Made by a program: the position numbers and the translations under genes | Part shown: positions 22,591-33,092 of the stretch, piece after piece | How the letters are laid out: the number at the start of each line of letters is the position of its first letter | How positions within the stretch are numbered: position 1 is the stretch's first letter | From: Verrucomicrobiota bacterium | Lineage (GTDB): Bacteria; Verrucomicrobiota; Verrucomicrobiia; Opitutales; UBA953 | Reading direction: 5' to 3' | Length of the DNA stretch: 60,619 nucleotides | Assembly: GCA_046301395.1 (NCBI GenBank) | Contig: JBKCKE010000077.1 | Span: 1 to 60,619, forward strand | The notes under the pieces: generated by a model | The model's database searches: none | Told to the model about the DNA's origin: nothing | Seen by the model: only the letters and a program-made list of their open reading frames with translations

Positions 22591-23046
22591 ATGAAACGCC
22601 ATCTCCTCCTCACCCTCCTCGCGGCCGCGCTCTGCGTCGGCTGCGCCTCGCAACCCGTCGTCCAGAGCCGCGGCAACCTGCAAGAGGTCGCCAAGCAGGG
22701 CACGACCTATCATCTGGACGCCCGCCGCTCCGGCCTCGGTGAAAATGAAGTCCGCAGCCTCCGCGACCGCCTGCAGAAGGCCGGCCTGAGCCCGGCTTCG
22801 GCGGAAACCGCGAAGCTGATCGTCACGCTGTCGAGCGACCTGCAGTCGTCGACCGAGCGCCGGCATACCGGCGGCAAGAACGGCGTCGCCTATGACCACC
22901 AGGTCAACGCGCGCCGCCTGACGCTCACCGTGGCCGAGAACCGCGCCGGCGCAGGCAAGGTCCTCATGGAAGTCAGCTCGGCCGACGCCGGTTCGGCCTC
23001 GGCCGAAACCCTGCTCACCGCGGCCGTCGCCGGCCTCGGCGGCTGA
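22591..23046 (+). CDS. Lipoprotein, function unknown
   Basis: The Met at 22591 gives the lipobox LLAAALCVGCAS. Confidence 0.55.
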   Translation: MKRHLLLTLLAAALCVGCASQPVVQSRGNLQEVAKQGTTYHLDARRSGLGENEVRSLRDRLQKAGLSPASAETAKLIVTLSSDLQSSTERRHTGGKNGVAYDHQVNARRLTLTVAENRAGAGKVLMEVSSADAGSASAETLLTAAVAGLGG

Positions 23047-23060
23047 GCGGTTCCGCGATC

Positions 23061-23105
23061 ATAAAAGGCGGAGCCGGTCTCGACCGGACTCCGCCTTTTA
23101 TTTTT
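23061..23105. terminator. Bidirectional rho-independent terminator between convergent genes
   Basis: ATAAAA-GGCGGAGCCGGTC-TC-GACCGGACTCCGCC-TTTTATTTTT. There are U-tracts on both strands. Confidence 0.8.
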
Positions 23106-23131
23106 AGGGGAAGAGAACTGTCCGCCCAGGG

Positions 23132-24592
23132 TCAGCGCGAGCAGCGCGGACGGCCTTCGGCGGCGGGCTTGTACCACTCCTCCTGGTTTTCCTCCACGCA
23201 GACCTTACCGCCGGTCTTCTCGTGGTTCAGCCGCCAGCTGTGCAAAGACTCGAAAGCCGCATGATCGATGAAGTCCACGTCCAGGTCGATGTCGACGGCG
23301 GAGCCGGCCGGCAAGGTGGAGAGCTCGTAGTTCAGTTTGGGTACGCAGGCGAAGGTGAGCGTACCGCGGATGGCGACCTTCCACACATCGCCCTCCTGCT
23401 TCTTCTCGAACTTGACCCGCGAGAGCCGCCGGATCGCGAAGAAGACCGAGACGGCCACGCCGATGCCGACGCCCGCGAGCAGGTTCACGCAGGTCACGCC
23501 GATGACGGTCGCCCAGTAGATACGCACTTCGTTATGGACGGTCAGCTCGTGGATGTGGTGAAGGTTGACGAGATTGATGCCGACGTGGACGAGCAGGCCG
23601 GCCAGGACCGCGAGGGGGATGCTCTCGATGGTGGAGCCGAGGAAGAGCACGCAGAGCAGGATCCAGACCCCATGGAAGACGGCCGACCAACGGGAGACGC
23701 CGCCGGCGTTGATGTTGGCGGAGGAGCGGACGATCACACCGGTGATGGGCAGACCGCCGAGCAGGCCGGAGACGAGGTTGCCGGCGCCCTGGGCGGTGAG
23801 TTCCTTGTCGAGGTTCGAACGCGGACCGCTGTGCAGTTTGTCGGTGGCGACGGCGCAAAGCAGCGATTCGATGCTCGCGATGATCGCCAGCGTGAGCACC
23901 GCGACGATGAACACGCCCCATTCGGTCGGCAGCTTGAGCTGCGTGAACGCGAGCGTGTCGGGCAGGTCGACCCGCTTGACGTCCATCTTCGCCACGAGGG
24001 AGACGGCGGTACCGGTGACGACGGCCACCAAGGGAGCGGGGATCGCCCGTAGGCCGGCCCAAGGGAGCTTCTTCCAGAGCATGAGCACGGCGATCGTGAC
24101 GACGCCGAGGATGGCGGCCGCGGGGCTGAAGGCGCCGAGGCGCGCGGGCAGGGCAAGCAGGTTAGCGAGGGGCGAACTGGCGGGTGCGCCGCCGAGCAGC
24201 ACGTGCAACTGGGCGAGCGCGATGGAGATCCCGATGCCGGCGAGCATGCCGTGGACGACCGAAGGAGCGATGACGAGTGTACCCCGAGCCACCTTGAGAT
24301 AGCCGAGGAGGAGCTGCACCAGGCCGGCACAGGCGGTCGCGAGGCAGACCGTCTCCCAGCCCAACTGCTGCACGAGTCCGAAGACGACGACCGTCAGGCC
24401 GGCAGCCGGACCAGAGACCTGCAAAGGCGAGCCCGCCAAGAGGCCGGTGACGATGCCGCCGGCGACCGCACCGATGAGACCGGCGATCACCGGGGCTCCG
24501 GAAGCTAAGGCGATTCCCAGTGAAAGCGGTACGGCCACCAGGAAGACGACCAGAGAGGCAGGAAGGTCGCGGCGAAGATTCATCGATTCCAT
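23132..24592 (-). CDS. SulP-family anion transporter with C-terminal STAS domain
   Basis: 486 aa and polytopic (VAVPLSLGIALASGAP...). The C-terminal soluble domain has the pattern IDxxAxxxL. Confidence 0.85.
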   Translation of the reverse strand: MESMNLRRDLPASLVVFLVAVPLSLGIALASGAPVIAGLIGAVAGGIVTGLLAGSPLQVSGPAAGLTVVVFGLVQQLGWETVCLATACAGLVQLLLGYLKVARGTLVIAPSVVHGMLAGIGISIALAQLHVLLGGAPASSPLANLLALPARLGAFSPAAAILGVVTIAVLMLWKKLPWAGLRAIPAPLVAVVTGTAVSLVAKMDVKRVDLPDTLAFTQLKLPTEWGVFIVAVLTLAIIASIESLLCAVATDKLHSGPRSNLDKELTAQGAGNLVSGLLGGLPITGVIVRSSANINAGGVSRWSAVFHGVWILLCVLFLGSTIESIPLAVLAGLLVHVGINLVNLHHIHELTVHNEVRIYWATVIGVTCVNLLAGVGIGVAVSVFFAIRRLSRVKFEKKQEGDVWKVAIRGTLTFACVPKLNYELSTLPAGSAVDIDLDVDFIDHAAFESLHSWRLNHEKTGGKVCVEENQEEWYKPAAEGRPRCSR

Positions 24593-24696
24593 TGAAGAAA
24601 ACCTGTGGCATGCCTGTCAACGCATGATGGCATCGACAGTCGCGCGACAGGGAAACGTCACCGCGTTCACACCCAGCCGTCACCTAGCGCTCAACG

Positions 24697-25095
24697 CTAG
24701 GAATCCTGAGCAGGCCAGACCGCGGCGAGCACCGCCCGAAACGCGGCCGTCTCGACCAAGGTGTCCGGACGATCGATGACTTCGACGCAGTCGGCGTTAT
24801 CCCAGTACTCCCCTTCCTTCTTCATGTTCCAGAACGCCAAGGCCAGGGCCTGCCAGAGTTCGAAGCCTTCCAGCTGTCCACGCGGCAGCCACGCGACGGC
24901 GACCGTCACCTCCTCGGTCAGGTCCGACTCCTCCCAAAGGACGTCGAACTTGCCGCATTCGCTGGGCCCGAGGAACTGCGTCACGAACTCCGTGTGCTGC
25001 GGACCCGCCTCGAGGTAATAGCGGCAGACCACCTCGCGCTCGGCCGGTTCGAGGTCGTCGCCGCCGTCGTCGTGATAAGTGAAAGGCTCCGCCAT
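24697..25095 (-). CDS. Acidic hypothetical protein
   Basis: 132-aa ORF in the coding phase expected for this GC content. I recognise no family. Confidence 0.4.
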   Translation of the reverse strand: MAEPFTYHDDGGDDLEPAEREVVCRYYLEAGPQHTEFVTQFLGPSECGKFDVLWEESDLTEEVTVAVAWLPRGQLEGFELWQALALAFWNMKKEGEYWDNADCVEVIDRPDTLVETAAFRAVLAAVWPAQDS

Positions 25096-25130
25096 GCCAC
25101 AAGGTCGGAGGGCGCGCAGCCTTGGGCAAG

Positions 25131-25478
25131 TCAGGATTCTTTACGCGCCGTCCAAGCCAGCAAGACCCAGCCGGCGATCAGCAACGAACCGCCGATGGGC
25201 GTGATCGCGCCGAACCAGCGCGGGGCGCCCAAGGCCATCGCGTAAAGCGTCGCGGCGAAGATCGTCGCACCGACGGCCCAAAGCCGGGCTGGCCAAAGAG
25301 ATCGGCCGGCGATGGCGCCGATGGCGACGGCATGCGTCAGCAGATAGAAGGTCGCCGTCTCCCACCAGCCGAGGGCTTCCGGGATCACGGCGAGACGATC
25401 CTTCAGCCCATGGGCGCCGAAGGCTCCCAGCGCGATGGCGGTCGCGCCGAGGAGCCCTGCGGTGACCAGACGAGGCAT
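25131..25478 (-). CDS. DUF423 (YgdD-like) small membrane protein
   Basis: GAFGAHGLK motif and four hydrophobic segments. Confidence 0.75.
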   Translation of the reverse strand: MPRLVTAGLLGATAIALGAFGAHGLKDRLAVIPEALGWWETATFYLLTHAVAIGAIAGRSLWPARLWAVGATIFAATLYAMALGAPRWFGAITPIGGSLLIAGWVLLAWTARKES

Positions 25479-25481
25479 CGC

Positions 25482-28034
25482 TTAAGCGCCGGTGTCGGCG
25501 CCGCTCTTCTTCTGCGTAAAGACGAGGCCCTTCTCACCGACCGAGACGATGACCGGTTCTTCCTTGTTGTAATCGTCCCGCAGGATCGATTCCGCGAGCG
25601 GATCTTCAAGGAGACGTTCGACCGCGCGGCGGAGCGGGCGGGCGCCATACTTCTCGTCCCAGCCGTTGTCGACCAGGTAGCCGCGGGCGGCTTCGTTGAC
25701 CACGAGCTTCACGCCGAGGTCGAGGAGGCGCTTGGCGACCTTGTCGACTTCGATGTCGACGATCTTGGTCATGTGCGTCTTCGCGAGCTGCTGGAAGATG
25801 ACGATGTCGGTGAGGCGGTTGAGGAACTCGGGTTTGAAGGCGCGCTTGGTCTCGTCCATGATACGGTCCTTGAGCTTCTCGTAGTCACGCGTGGAGTCCA
25901 CGCCGACGTCGAAGCCGACCGAGTTGTTGCGCTGCAGCACGTCGGCCCCGACGTTGGACGTCAGGATGATGATCGTATTGCGGAAGTCGACGACGCGACC
26001 GAGGGAGTCCGTCAGGCGACCGTCTTCGAGGGCCTGCAGGAGGAGCTGGATGACGTCCGGGTGGGCCTTCTCGATTTCGTCGAAGAGCACGACGGAATAG
26101 GGCTTGCGGCGCACCGCTTCGGTCAGCTGGCCGCCTTCGTCGTGACCGACGTAGCCGGGCGGCGAGCCGATGAGGCGGGAGACCGTGAACTTCTCCATGT
26201 ACTCGGACATGTCGATCTGGATGACCGCTTCCTTCTCGCCGAACATGCGTTCGGCCAGGGAGCGGGCCAGGAGCGTCTTGCCGACGCCGGTGGGGCCGAG
26301 GAAGAGGAAGGAGCCGATCGGGCGGCGCGGATCCTTGAGGTCCGCGCGGGAGCGGCGGAGGGCGCGGGCGACGACTTCGCAGGCGCGGTCCTGGCCGATG
26401 ACGGCCGTCTGCAGGTCCTTCTCGAGCTCGAGGAGTTTCTTGGTCTCCTTCTTCTCGAGACGGTTGAGGGGCACGCCCGTCCAGTCGGCCACGATGTGGA
26501 GCATCTCCTCTTCGCCGACGACGATGCGCTTCTCGTCGCGCTTCTTGCGCCAGTCTTCGAGCATCTTCTCGCGCTTGGCGCGAAGCTTCTTCTCCGTGTC
26601 GCGGAGGTTGGCGGCTTCCTCGAACTTCTGGTTGCGGGAGGCGTCTTCCTTCTGCTGCACGACCTTGTCGATGTCGGTCTGGACCAGGTCGATGTCGGCC
26701 GGGATGTTCAGGGAGCGGATGCGGGCGCGGGCGCCGGCTTCGTCCATGACGTCGATGGCCTTGTCCGGCAGGTGGCGGGCGGTGATGTAGCGGTGCGAGA
26801 GGCGGACGGCGGCCTCGATGGCGGCGTCGGTGTATTCGCACTTGTGGTGCTCCTCATACTTCGAGCGGATACCGCGCAGGATGAGCACGGCGTCTTCGGG
26901 CGTCGGGTCGTCGACCTTGACGGACTGGAAGCGGCGCTCGAGGGCGGCGTCCTTCTCGATGTGCTTACGGTATTCCGAGAGCGTGGTGGCGCCGACGCAC
27001 TGGATCTCGCCGCGGGAAAGGGCGGGCTTGAGGATGTTGGAGGCGTCCATCGCCCCTTCGGCGGCGCCGGCTCCGACAATCGTGTGCATCTCATCGATGA
27101 ACAGGATCACGTTCTTGGCGCGCTTGATCTCGTCCATGATGCCCTTGATGCGCTCTTCGAACTGGCCGCGGTATTTCGTGCCGGCGACCATCAGGGCGAG
27201 ATCGAGGGTGATGACCTTGCGGTCGAGCAGAATCTCGGGGACGACGCCGGAGGCGATCTCCTGGGCGAGGCCTTCGACGATCGCGGTCTTGCCCACGCCG
27301 GCTTCGCCGATGAGGACGGGGTTATTCTTCGTGCGGCGGCAGAGGATCTGCACCACGCGACGGATCTCTTCCTTACGGCCGATGACCGGGTCGAGTTCGC
27401 CGGCCTTGGCAAGCTCGGTGAGGTCGCGACCGAAGGTCTTCAGGAGCGAGAGACGTTCACCGCGGCCAGGGCGGGCGCCCTCTTCGGAAGAGGGGCGGCG
27501 CGAAGGAGGCGGAGCGTCATCCGAAGAATCTTCCGACGGAGGCGGGGTATCCCCGTCCTTCTTCTCGGACTCATCGGCGGCGGAAGGATCGATGTCCGCA
27601 AGGATCTCCTTGCGGCAGCGCTCCAGATCGACGTCGAGCTGCTGCAGCACGCGGGCGGCGACGCCCTCCCCTTCCTTCAGGAGGCCGAGGAGGATATGTT
27701 CGGTGCCGACGTAGGCGTGGCCGAGGGCGCGGGCTTCGGTGACGGCGTGGGCCATGACCTTCTGCACGCGAGGCGTGAGCGGAATCGTGTCGGGCGCCTT
27801 GGCTTCTTCGGGGCCGGGGCCGACCTGCTTCTCGACGGCGCCGCGGACGGTCTTGAGGTCGAGGCCCATGCGGCCGAGGACGTTGACCGCGACACCCTCG
27901 CCGAGCTTGATGAGCCCGAGCAGGATGTGCTCCGTGCCGACGTAGTTATGGTTGAACCGGCGGGCTTCCGCCCGGGCCAGTTCCACGACCTTGCGGGCGC
28001 GGGGAGTGAAATTGTTGTTTTTGTCCTTATCCAT
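25482..28034 (-). CDS. clpC: AAA+ chaperone ClpC (Clp protease ATP-binding subunit)
   Basis: 850 aa. It has Clp_N repeats ([11 protein letters not shown] twice) and Walker A motifs [15 protein letters not shown] and [15 protein letters not shown]. Confidence 0.9.
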   Translation of the reverse strand: MDKDKNNNFTPRARKVVELARAEARRFNHNYVGTEHILLGLIKLGEGVAVNVLGRMGLDLKTVRGAVEKQVGPGPEEAKAPDTIPLTPRVQKVMAHAVTEARALGHAYVGTEHILLGLLKEGEGVAARVLQQLDVDLERCRKEILADIDPSAADESEKKDGDTPPPSEDSSDDAPPPSRRPSSEEGARPGRGERLSLLKTFGRDLTELAKAGELDPVIGRKEEIRRVVQILCRRTKNNPVLIGEAGVGKTAIVEGLAQEIASGVVPEILLDRKVITLDLALMVAGTKYRGQFEERIKGIMDEIKRAKNVILFIDEMHTIVGAGAAEGAMDASNILKPALSRGEIQCVGATTLSEYRKHIEKDAALERRFQSVKVDDPTPEDAVLILRGIRSKYEEHHKCEYTDAAIEAAVRLSHRYITARHLPDKAIDVMDEAGARARIRSLNIPADIDLVQTDIDKVVQQKEDASRNQKFEEAANLRDTEKKLRAKREKMLEDWRKKRDEKRIVVGEEEMLHIVADWTGVPLNRLEKKETKKLLELEKDLQTAVIGQDRACEVVARALRRSRADLKDPRRPIGSFLFLGPTGVGKTLLARSLAERMFGEKEAVIQIDMSEYMEKFTVSRLIGSPPGYVGHDEGGQLTEAVRRKPYSVVLFDEIEKAHPDVIQLLLQALEDGRLTDSLGRVVDFRNTIIILTSNVGADVLQRNNSVGFDVGVDSTRDYEKLKDRIMDETKRAFKPEFLNRLTDIVIFQQLAKTHMTKIVDIEVDKVAKRLLDLGVKLVVNEAARGYLVDNGWDEKYGARPLRRAVERLLEDPLAESILRDDYNKEEPVIVSVGEKGLVFTQKKSGADTGA

Positions 28035-28141
28035 GGAAAGTGGGTCGGGGCGAAACGCCCGTAGGGGGTTGTTAGCAGGTACTATGCCCGAAGTGCGGGT
28101 AGGTTCAAGCGTTCCCCCGAAGTTGGTGATAACCTCGCCTT

Positions 28142-29191
28142 TTGCCTTTGCCAGCGATGGTCCACGGCTGTTTGTTCATCCGCAAAACCATGGGTATCAG
28201 CATGCAAGCGGCGGGCGAGGCCCTCCGGGATCTCGTCAAGGGTCTCAAAGGGCGGAAAGTGGCCGTATTGGGCCATATGCGCCCCGATGGCGACTGCATC
28301 GGCTCCCAGACCGCCCTGTGCCGCATGCTCCTCGCCGAAGGCGTCGATGCGCTCTGCGTGAACCGCGACCGGATCCCCCCGAATCTCGTCCCGTACGCCG
28401 AAGGCGTGACGTTCGTCAAAGGGGCCGATTATGACGCGACGGACCGGGTCGCGGTCACCGTCGACTGTGCCGATGCGTCCCGCGTAGGGACGGAACTGCT
28501 CGCCAAGTTCCCGGCCGGCATCCTGGCCAACATCGACCACCACGCCTCTAATCCGGACTACGCGCAGACGAACATCGTCGTCCGCGAGGCCGCGGCCACC
28601 TGCCACATCCTCGCCGCCGGCGCGCTCGCCCAGGGCCTCGCCGTCGACGCCGTCACCGCCAAGGCCCTGCACCTCGGCATCCTGACCGACACCGGCCGCT
28701 TCTGCTACCGCAGCACCACCGCCGACGTCTTCGCGATCATCGCCGAGCTCGTCCGTCGCGGCGCCGACCCCGCCGAGGCCAACTACCGCGTCTTCGAGCA
28801 GGAAAGCCGCGGCAAACTCGAACTCACCAAACGCTTCCTGAATACCATCCTCTTCCACGAAGACGGCAAGATCTGCTCCGGTGAACTCACCCAGGCCGAT
28901 TACGCCGCCACCGGCACCTCCAAGGAAGACAAGGAAGGCCTCGTGGAATTCCCCCGCTCCGTCGAAGGCGTCGAGATCGCCGTGCTGATGGAAGAAGGCG
29001 CCGACGGCATCCGCGGCAGCCTGCGCGGCCGCGACCCGAAGCTCCGCCTCGACCTCTGCGCCGGCAAGCTCAACGGCGGCGGCCACATGCTCGCGGCCGG
29101 CTTCAACATGCAGGGCTGCCGTCTGCCCCAGGACCGCGCGAAGATCCTCGGCATCGTCATCGCCCACTACCGCGAGTACTCGGGGAAATGA
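28142..29191 (+). CDS. nrnA: DHH-family oligoribonuclease / pAp phosphatase NrnA
   Basis: [20 protein letters not shown] and GGGH motifs. The true start is probably at the internal Met at 28190 or slightly later. Confidence 0.8.
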   Translation: MPLPAMVHGCLFIRKTMGISMQAAGEALRDLVKGLKGRKVAVLGHMRPDGDCIGSQTALCRMLLAEGVDALCVNRDRIPPNLVPYAEGVTFVKGADYDATDRVAVTVDCADASRVGTELLAKFPAGILANIDHHASNPDYAQTNIVVREAAATCHILAAGALAQGLAVDAVTAKALHLGILTDTGRFCYRSTTADVFAIIAELVRRGADPAEANYRVFEQESRGKLELTKRFLNTILFHEDGKICSGELTQADYAATGTSKEDKEGLVEFPRSVEGVEIAVLMEEGADGIRGSLRGRDPKLRLDLCAGKLNGGGHMLAAGFNMQGCRLPQDRAKILGIVIAHYREYSGK

Positions 29192-29907
29192 GCGAGCCCG
29201 CCGCCGAACCCGCGGGCGTGCTGCTCGTCGACAAGCCGCAGGGCATCACTTCGCACGACGTCGTGGACAGCGTCCGCCGGCTTTACCGCACGCGTCGCGT
29301 CGGCCATGCCGGCACGCTCGACCCGATGGCCACCGGCCTGCTCATCGTGCTCGTCGGCAAGGCGACCAAGGCCTCGGACCAGCTGATGGCCCAGGGTAAG
29401 GAATACCTCGGCGAAGCGACGCTCGGCATCGTCACCGAAACGCAGGACGCCGAAGGCGAGACTCTCGAGACGAACCCAGTCCCCGAAATCACTGAGGCGC
29501 AGGTCCGCGCCGCCCTCGCCTCGATGCTGGGCGACCAGTTCCAGGTCCCGCCGATGCATTCGGCGAAGAAGATCGGCGGCCAGAAGCTCTACGACCTTGC
29601 GCGCAAGGGCATCGAAGTCGTCCGCGAACCCCGCGCGATCAGCCTGGCCGAGTTCGAACTGCTCTCCTGGCAGAGCCCGAAGATCAACTTCCGCGTCCGC
29701 TGCACCAAGGGCACCTACGTCCGCACGCTGGCCTACGACCTCGGCCGCAAGCTCGGCCCGGGCGCCCACCTCTCGATGCTCCGCCGCACGCGCTCCGGGC
29801 AGCTCGACCTTGCGCGCGGCCATACCCTGCCGCAGCTCGGCGCGATGAACGACGCGCAGCTCGTCGCCGCCCTCGTGCCGGTGAGCGAAGCCGCGCCCGC
29901 CGCATGA
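29188..29907 (+). CDS. truB: tRNA pseudouridine-55 synthase
   Basis: [16 protein letters not shown]...[14 protein letters not shown]. Confidence 0.9.
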   Translation: MSEPAAEPAGVLLVDKPQGITSHDVVDSVRRLYRTRRVGHAGTLDPMATGLLIVLVGKATKASDQLMAQGKEYLGEATLGIVTETQDAEGETLETNPVPEITEAQVRAALASMLGDQFQVPPMHSAKKIGGQKLYDLARKGIEVVREPRAISLAEFELLSWQSPKINFRVRCTKGTYVRTLAYDLGRKLGPGAHLSMLRRTRSGQLDLARGHTLPQLGAMNDAQLVAALVPVSEAAPAA

Positions 29908-30803
29908 GCCTGCCCCTCCATCTCGCCATCGGCGCCTTCGACGGCGTGCACCTCGGCCATCGCGCCGTCCTGCACTCCGCCCGCAAAGCCGCCCGCGCGG
30001 ACGGAGGCATCGTCGGCGTGCTCACTTACGATCCGCACCCGAGCAAGGTCCTGCGGCCGGAATCCTCCGTGCCGCTGATCTTCACGCGCGCGCAGAAGGA
30101 TGAACGCCTGACCGAAGCCGGCGCGCAGCTGATCCATCACGAGAAATTCGACCGCAACCACGCGGGCATCGAAGCAACCGACTTTCCGAAGTGGCTGAAG
30201 CAGACCTTCCCCCACCTGAAGTCGCTCCATGTCGGTTCCAATTTCCAGTACGGACGGGGACGCGCGGGCCACGGCGACACCCTCATCGCTCACGGTGCGG
30301 CCGAAGGCCTCGGCGTGAGGCTCGTCGCCGCGGTCAGCCTGGACGACGAGACGGTCAGCAGTTCGCGCATCCGCCAGTGCCTCGCTTCCGGTGACCTCGC
30401 CCTCGCGAACGCCATGCTGCTAAGGCCTTACGAAGCCGAAGGGACGATCATCGGCGGACGCCGTCTCGGCCGTACCATCGGCTTCCCGACCGTGAACGTC
30501 GCCTGGCAGCCCGAACTTAAGCCCGCCTACGGCGTCTACGCCGTCGAAGTCATCTTCCAGGGCGAGTCCCTGCCGGCGGTCGCGAACTACGGCCAGCGTC
30601 CCACCGTCGAAAGCGGACCTGTCGCCCCCTTGCTCGAAGCCCACGTCCTCCGCGGCACGGCGCCGACCACGGGTGACACCGTCCGCGTGCGCTGGGTGCG
30701 ACGCCTCCGCGCCGAACAGAAGTTCGCGGACCTCGCCGCCTTGCAGGCGCAGATCGCGAAAGACTCCGCCCAGGCCAAGCAGGTGCTCGGCCTGATCGGT
30801 TGA
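29904..30803 (+). CDS. ribF: Bifunctional riboflavin kinase / FAD synthetase
   Basis: [10 protein letters not shown] ... [10 protein letters not shown]. Confidence 0.9.
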   Translation: MSLPLHLAIGAFDGVHLGHRAVLHSARKAARADGGIVGVLTYDPHPSKVLRPESSVPLIFTRAQKDERLTEAGAQLIHHEKFDRNHAGIEATDFPKWLKQTFPHLKSLHVGSNFQYGRGRAGHGDTLIAHGAAEGLGVRLVAAVSLDDETVSSSRIRQCLASGDLALANAMLLRPYEAEGTIIGGRRLGRTIGFPTVNVAWQPELKPAYGVYAVEVIFQGESLPAVANYGQRPTVESGPVAPLLEAHVLRGTAPTTGDTVRVRWVRRLRAEQKFADLAALQAQIAKDSAQAKQVLGLIG

Positions 30804-30804
30804 T

Positions 30805-30999
30805 TCAGGACTTGGCGTTCAGCTGGGACCGGGACCAGAAGAACAGCACGTTCCAGAAGAGGAGGCCGGAGAGGCCGAACAGCGGGAAGTTCAGTTCCGT
30901 CCCGCCGTTGAGTTTGACGATGAACCAGCCGACGACGGCGAGCAGGTCGGCGATGAGCATCCACCACACGGCTTTGTTCGAACGAATGAACGCTTCCAT
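30805..30999 (-). CDS. Small two-TM membrane protein, function unknown
   Basis: 64-aa ORF starting 3 nt downstream of the mpl stop, with two hydrophobic helices. Confidence 0.4.
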   Translation of the reverse strand: MEAFIRSNKAVWWMLIADLLAVVGWFIVKLNGGTELNFPLFGLSGLLFWNVLFFWSRSQLNAKS

Positions 31000-31001
31000 G
31001 G

Positions 31002-32414
31002 TCAGATGGCTTGGGCGAACTTCTTGATGATGCCGCCGAAGGCGCCGTTCGAGAAGAAGACCACGCAGCGCGGCGACTTGTCCGCTTTCACGAGAGCGGT
31101 GAGTTCGGCGAGCAAGGCATCGTTCGAAGCCGGGGCGAAACCCTTTTTACCGGAGGCGGTGATCGCGGCGGCGACGCCGGGGCTGTCGAAGCGTTCCTCG
31201 CCGAGTTTATCGGCGCGATGGGGCGGAGGCAGGAAGACCTCATCGGCCTTCTTGAGCGCCTCTTGGAAGGCATCCTGCATCACCTTACGGGAGGCGGTGT
31301 TGCTGCGCGGCTCGAAGCAGGCGACGAGACGATGCTGCGGGTAGCGGGCGCGCAAGGATTCGAGCGTCAGGTCGAGGGCGGTCGGATGATGGCCGAAATC
31401 CTCGATCACCGTCAGTTCGGGACGGTCGACCAGCACCTGCTGACGACGCTGCACGCCTTGGAAGGAATTGAGCGCCTCGAGCTTCAGCTTGGTCGGATCC
31501 TGGGCGTCGAGCAGGAGTCCGGCGGAGACGGCCGCCATGGCGGCATTACGGGCGTTGAAGAGGCCCGGCAGAGCCCACTTCACCCTACCCCACTCCCTGC
31601 CCTTCCAGAGCAGCGTGAAGGAGGAGCCGGTGGGCGATTCCTTGAAGTCAGCGATGACGGCGTCGTTGCCAGCGCCGGTGCCCACGCGGATGACCGGAGC
31701 CCAGGCGACATTCTTCACCAGACCGAGGACATTGGCGTCATCGCCATTGGCGACGATCGCGCCGTCACGCGGGACGATGCGGATCACGTGAGCGAACGTG
31801 CGCAGGACGTCATCGAGGTCGCGGAAGATGTCGGCGTGGTCGAACTCGCAGTTGTTGATCGCGAGCACGTGCGGCAGGTACTGGATGAACTTGCTGCGCT
31901 TGTCGAAGAAGGCCGTGTCGTATTCGTCGCCTTCGATGACGAAGGGGCCGCCCTTCTTGCCGGGATGGGAGGAATCGGGCAGGTCGCGGGGGACGCCGCC
32001 GACGAGCCAGCCGGGCTCGGTGCCGTTGGCCTTGAGCAGCACCGCGGCCATGCAGGTCGTGGTGGTCTTGCCGTGGGTGCCGGCGACGACGACGTTGCGG
32101 CGGTCGTTCAGCAGGCGGGTGCGGAGCAGTTCCGGGAGGGAGACGTAGGGCTGGGTACGGGCTTCGAGCAACCACTCCACTTCGGGGTGTCCGCGGGAAG
32201 CGACGTTACCGACCACGACCAGGTCGGGCTTGAGCTGGGCGAGACGTTCGGCGGACCAGCCTTCGAGGATGTCGACGCCCGCGTCGCGCAAGTGGTCGGA
32301 CATCGGCGGATAGATACCCGTATCGGATCCCATGACCTCGTGACCCAAGGCGCGCATCAGCAAAGCGGCGTTGCCCATCGCCGTACCGCAGATGCCCATG
32401 AAATAAATGCGCAT
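31002..32414 (-). CDS. mpl: UDP-N-acetylmuramate:L-alanyl-gamma-D-glutamyl-meso-DAP ligase
   Basis: MRIYFMGICGTAMGNAALL... GTHGKTTT. Confidence 0.85.
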   Translation of the reverse strand: MRIYFMGICGTAMGNAALLMRALGHEVMGSDTGIYPPMSDHLRDAGVDILEGWSAERLAQLKPDLVVVGNVASRGHPEVEWLLEARTQPYVSLPELLRTRLLNDRRNVVVAGTHGKTTTTCMAAVLLKANGTEPGWLVGGVPRDLPDSSHPGKKGGPFVIEGDEYDTAFFDKRSKFIQYLPHVLAINNCEFDHADIFRDLDDVLRTFAHVIRIVPRDGAIVANGDDANVLGLVKNVAWAPVIRVGTGAGNDAVIADFKESPTGSSFTLLWKGREWGRVKWALPGLFNARNAAMAAVSAGLLLDAQDPTKLKLEALNSFQGVQRRQQVLVDRPELTVIEDFGHHPTALDLTLESLRARYPQHRLVACFEPRSNTASRKVMQDAFQEALKKADEVFLPPPHRADKLGEERFDSPGVAAAITASGKKGFAPASNDALLAELTALVKADKSPRCVVFFSNGAFGGIIKKFAQAI

Positions 32415-32421
32415 GGGGCAG

Positions 32422-32447
32422 ATAAAAGCCCTCGGGGGCCCGAGGGC
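32422..32447 (-). terminator. Terminator-like hairpin with U-tract immediately upstream of the mpl start
   Basis: The minus strand reads GCCCTCGGG-CC-CCCGAGGGC followed by TTTTAT. It ends 7 nt before the mpl ATG. Confidence 0.45.
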
Positions 32448-32552
32448 GAGAAACTTAGGCGGCCCGTCATCCGCCTAAACAGGAGGACCCCGGCTACCTT
32501 GCGGCGGCCGGGGTCCGGTACCTACTTTGACTGTGCTGGCTTGGCTTACGTT

Positions 32553-32655
32553 GTCTGTACCCTGACTGACGGTCTGTTACCTTCTCAGACTGACCGGCTT
32601 TCCGTCTGTTTTCACCGACTTCTAGCCTATCTGACTTCGACCTTAACCGACTGAC
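32553..32655. repeat. Degenerate short tandem words (GTCTGT ... GACTGAC) in the hpf-mpl spacer
   Basis: GACTGAC occurs at 32564, 32588 and 32649. GTCTGT occurs at 32553, 32572 and 32604. The two words interleave. Function is unknown. Confidence 0.5.
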
Positions 32656-32692
32656 CAGCCCTCACCGACAACCGGCCGGCACGATACCGTCC

Positions 32693-33052
32693 TTACGCCG
32701 CGCGTCCCAGTTCGCCCAGGTCTGTCGGATGCGGATGATTCCTTTTCTCCTTATCCAGGCGATGGCGGCGGCGAAGCTGGCGATCGACCTTATCGATCAA
32801 AATATCGATGGATTTATACAGGTCGTCCGATTCCTCCCGGACGACGATGTCCGGGCCGGGAATCTCCAGCCTGATCTGGGCCCCGAACTCGCGACTATGG
32901 TCGCTGCAGCGGGTGTGGACGAGTTCGACGTGCACGCGGATGATCCGCGGGTTGTGGCGCAGCAGTCTTTCGACCTTGGCGCGCACCGTTTCCTTCAGGG
33001 CGTCGGTGAGGTCCATATGGACCCCGGTCACGACGATCGGAGCACTTGTCAT
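32693..33052 (-). CDS. hpf: Ribosome hibernation promoting factor (short HPF/RaiA family)
   Basis: The Met at 33052 gives MTSAPIVVTGVHMDLTDALKETVRAKVERL...DLYKSIDILIDKVDRQLRR. Confidence 0.8.
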   Translation of the reverse strand: MTSAPIVVTGVHMDLTDALKETVRAKVERLLRHNPRIIRVHVELVHTRCSDHSREFGAQIRLEIPGPDIVVREESDDLYKSIDILIDKVDRQLRRRHRLDKEKRNHPHPTDLGELGRAA

Positions 33053-33092
33053 GTGTGTTGTGTTTTTGGGGGTGACGTGAGACTCTGCGCCC

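Noticed and set aside
25122-28064. A 980-aa plus-strand ORF covering the whole of clpC on the opposite strand. Similar giant antisense ORFs occur at 3824..5782 (mfd), 11924..14227 (infB), 39415..41100 (sppA), 42619..45126 (wzc/wza), 48333..51035 (rpoC) and 53228..55486 (rpoB).
   Set aside because: Their translations are Arg/Gly/Ala/Asp-rich low-complexity sequences with no motifs. They exactly shadow well-supported genes. Long open antisense frames are expected in high-GC DNA with strong third-position GC bias.
28035-28141. Search for a CtsR operator (tandem heptad direct repeat) upstream of clpC, and also of mcsA at 16310-16407.
   Set aside because: No such direct repeat is visible in either spacer.
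32482-32487. Perfect AGGAGG on the plus strand in the hpf-mpl spacer, suggesting a small plus-strand ORF.
   Set aside because: There is no start codon at a suitable distance and no ORF in the track. The hexamer is part of a hairpin flank.
32575-32605. SRP-RNA-like element. The minus strand reads GUCAGUCU-GAGA-AGGUAACAGAC, which resembles the domain IV hairpin GUCAGGUCC-GGAA-GGAAGCAGC.
   Set aside because: The near-invariant GGAAGCAGC side of the motif is not preserved. No closing long helix is evident, and the similarity is explained by the local GTCAG/ACAGAC repeats.
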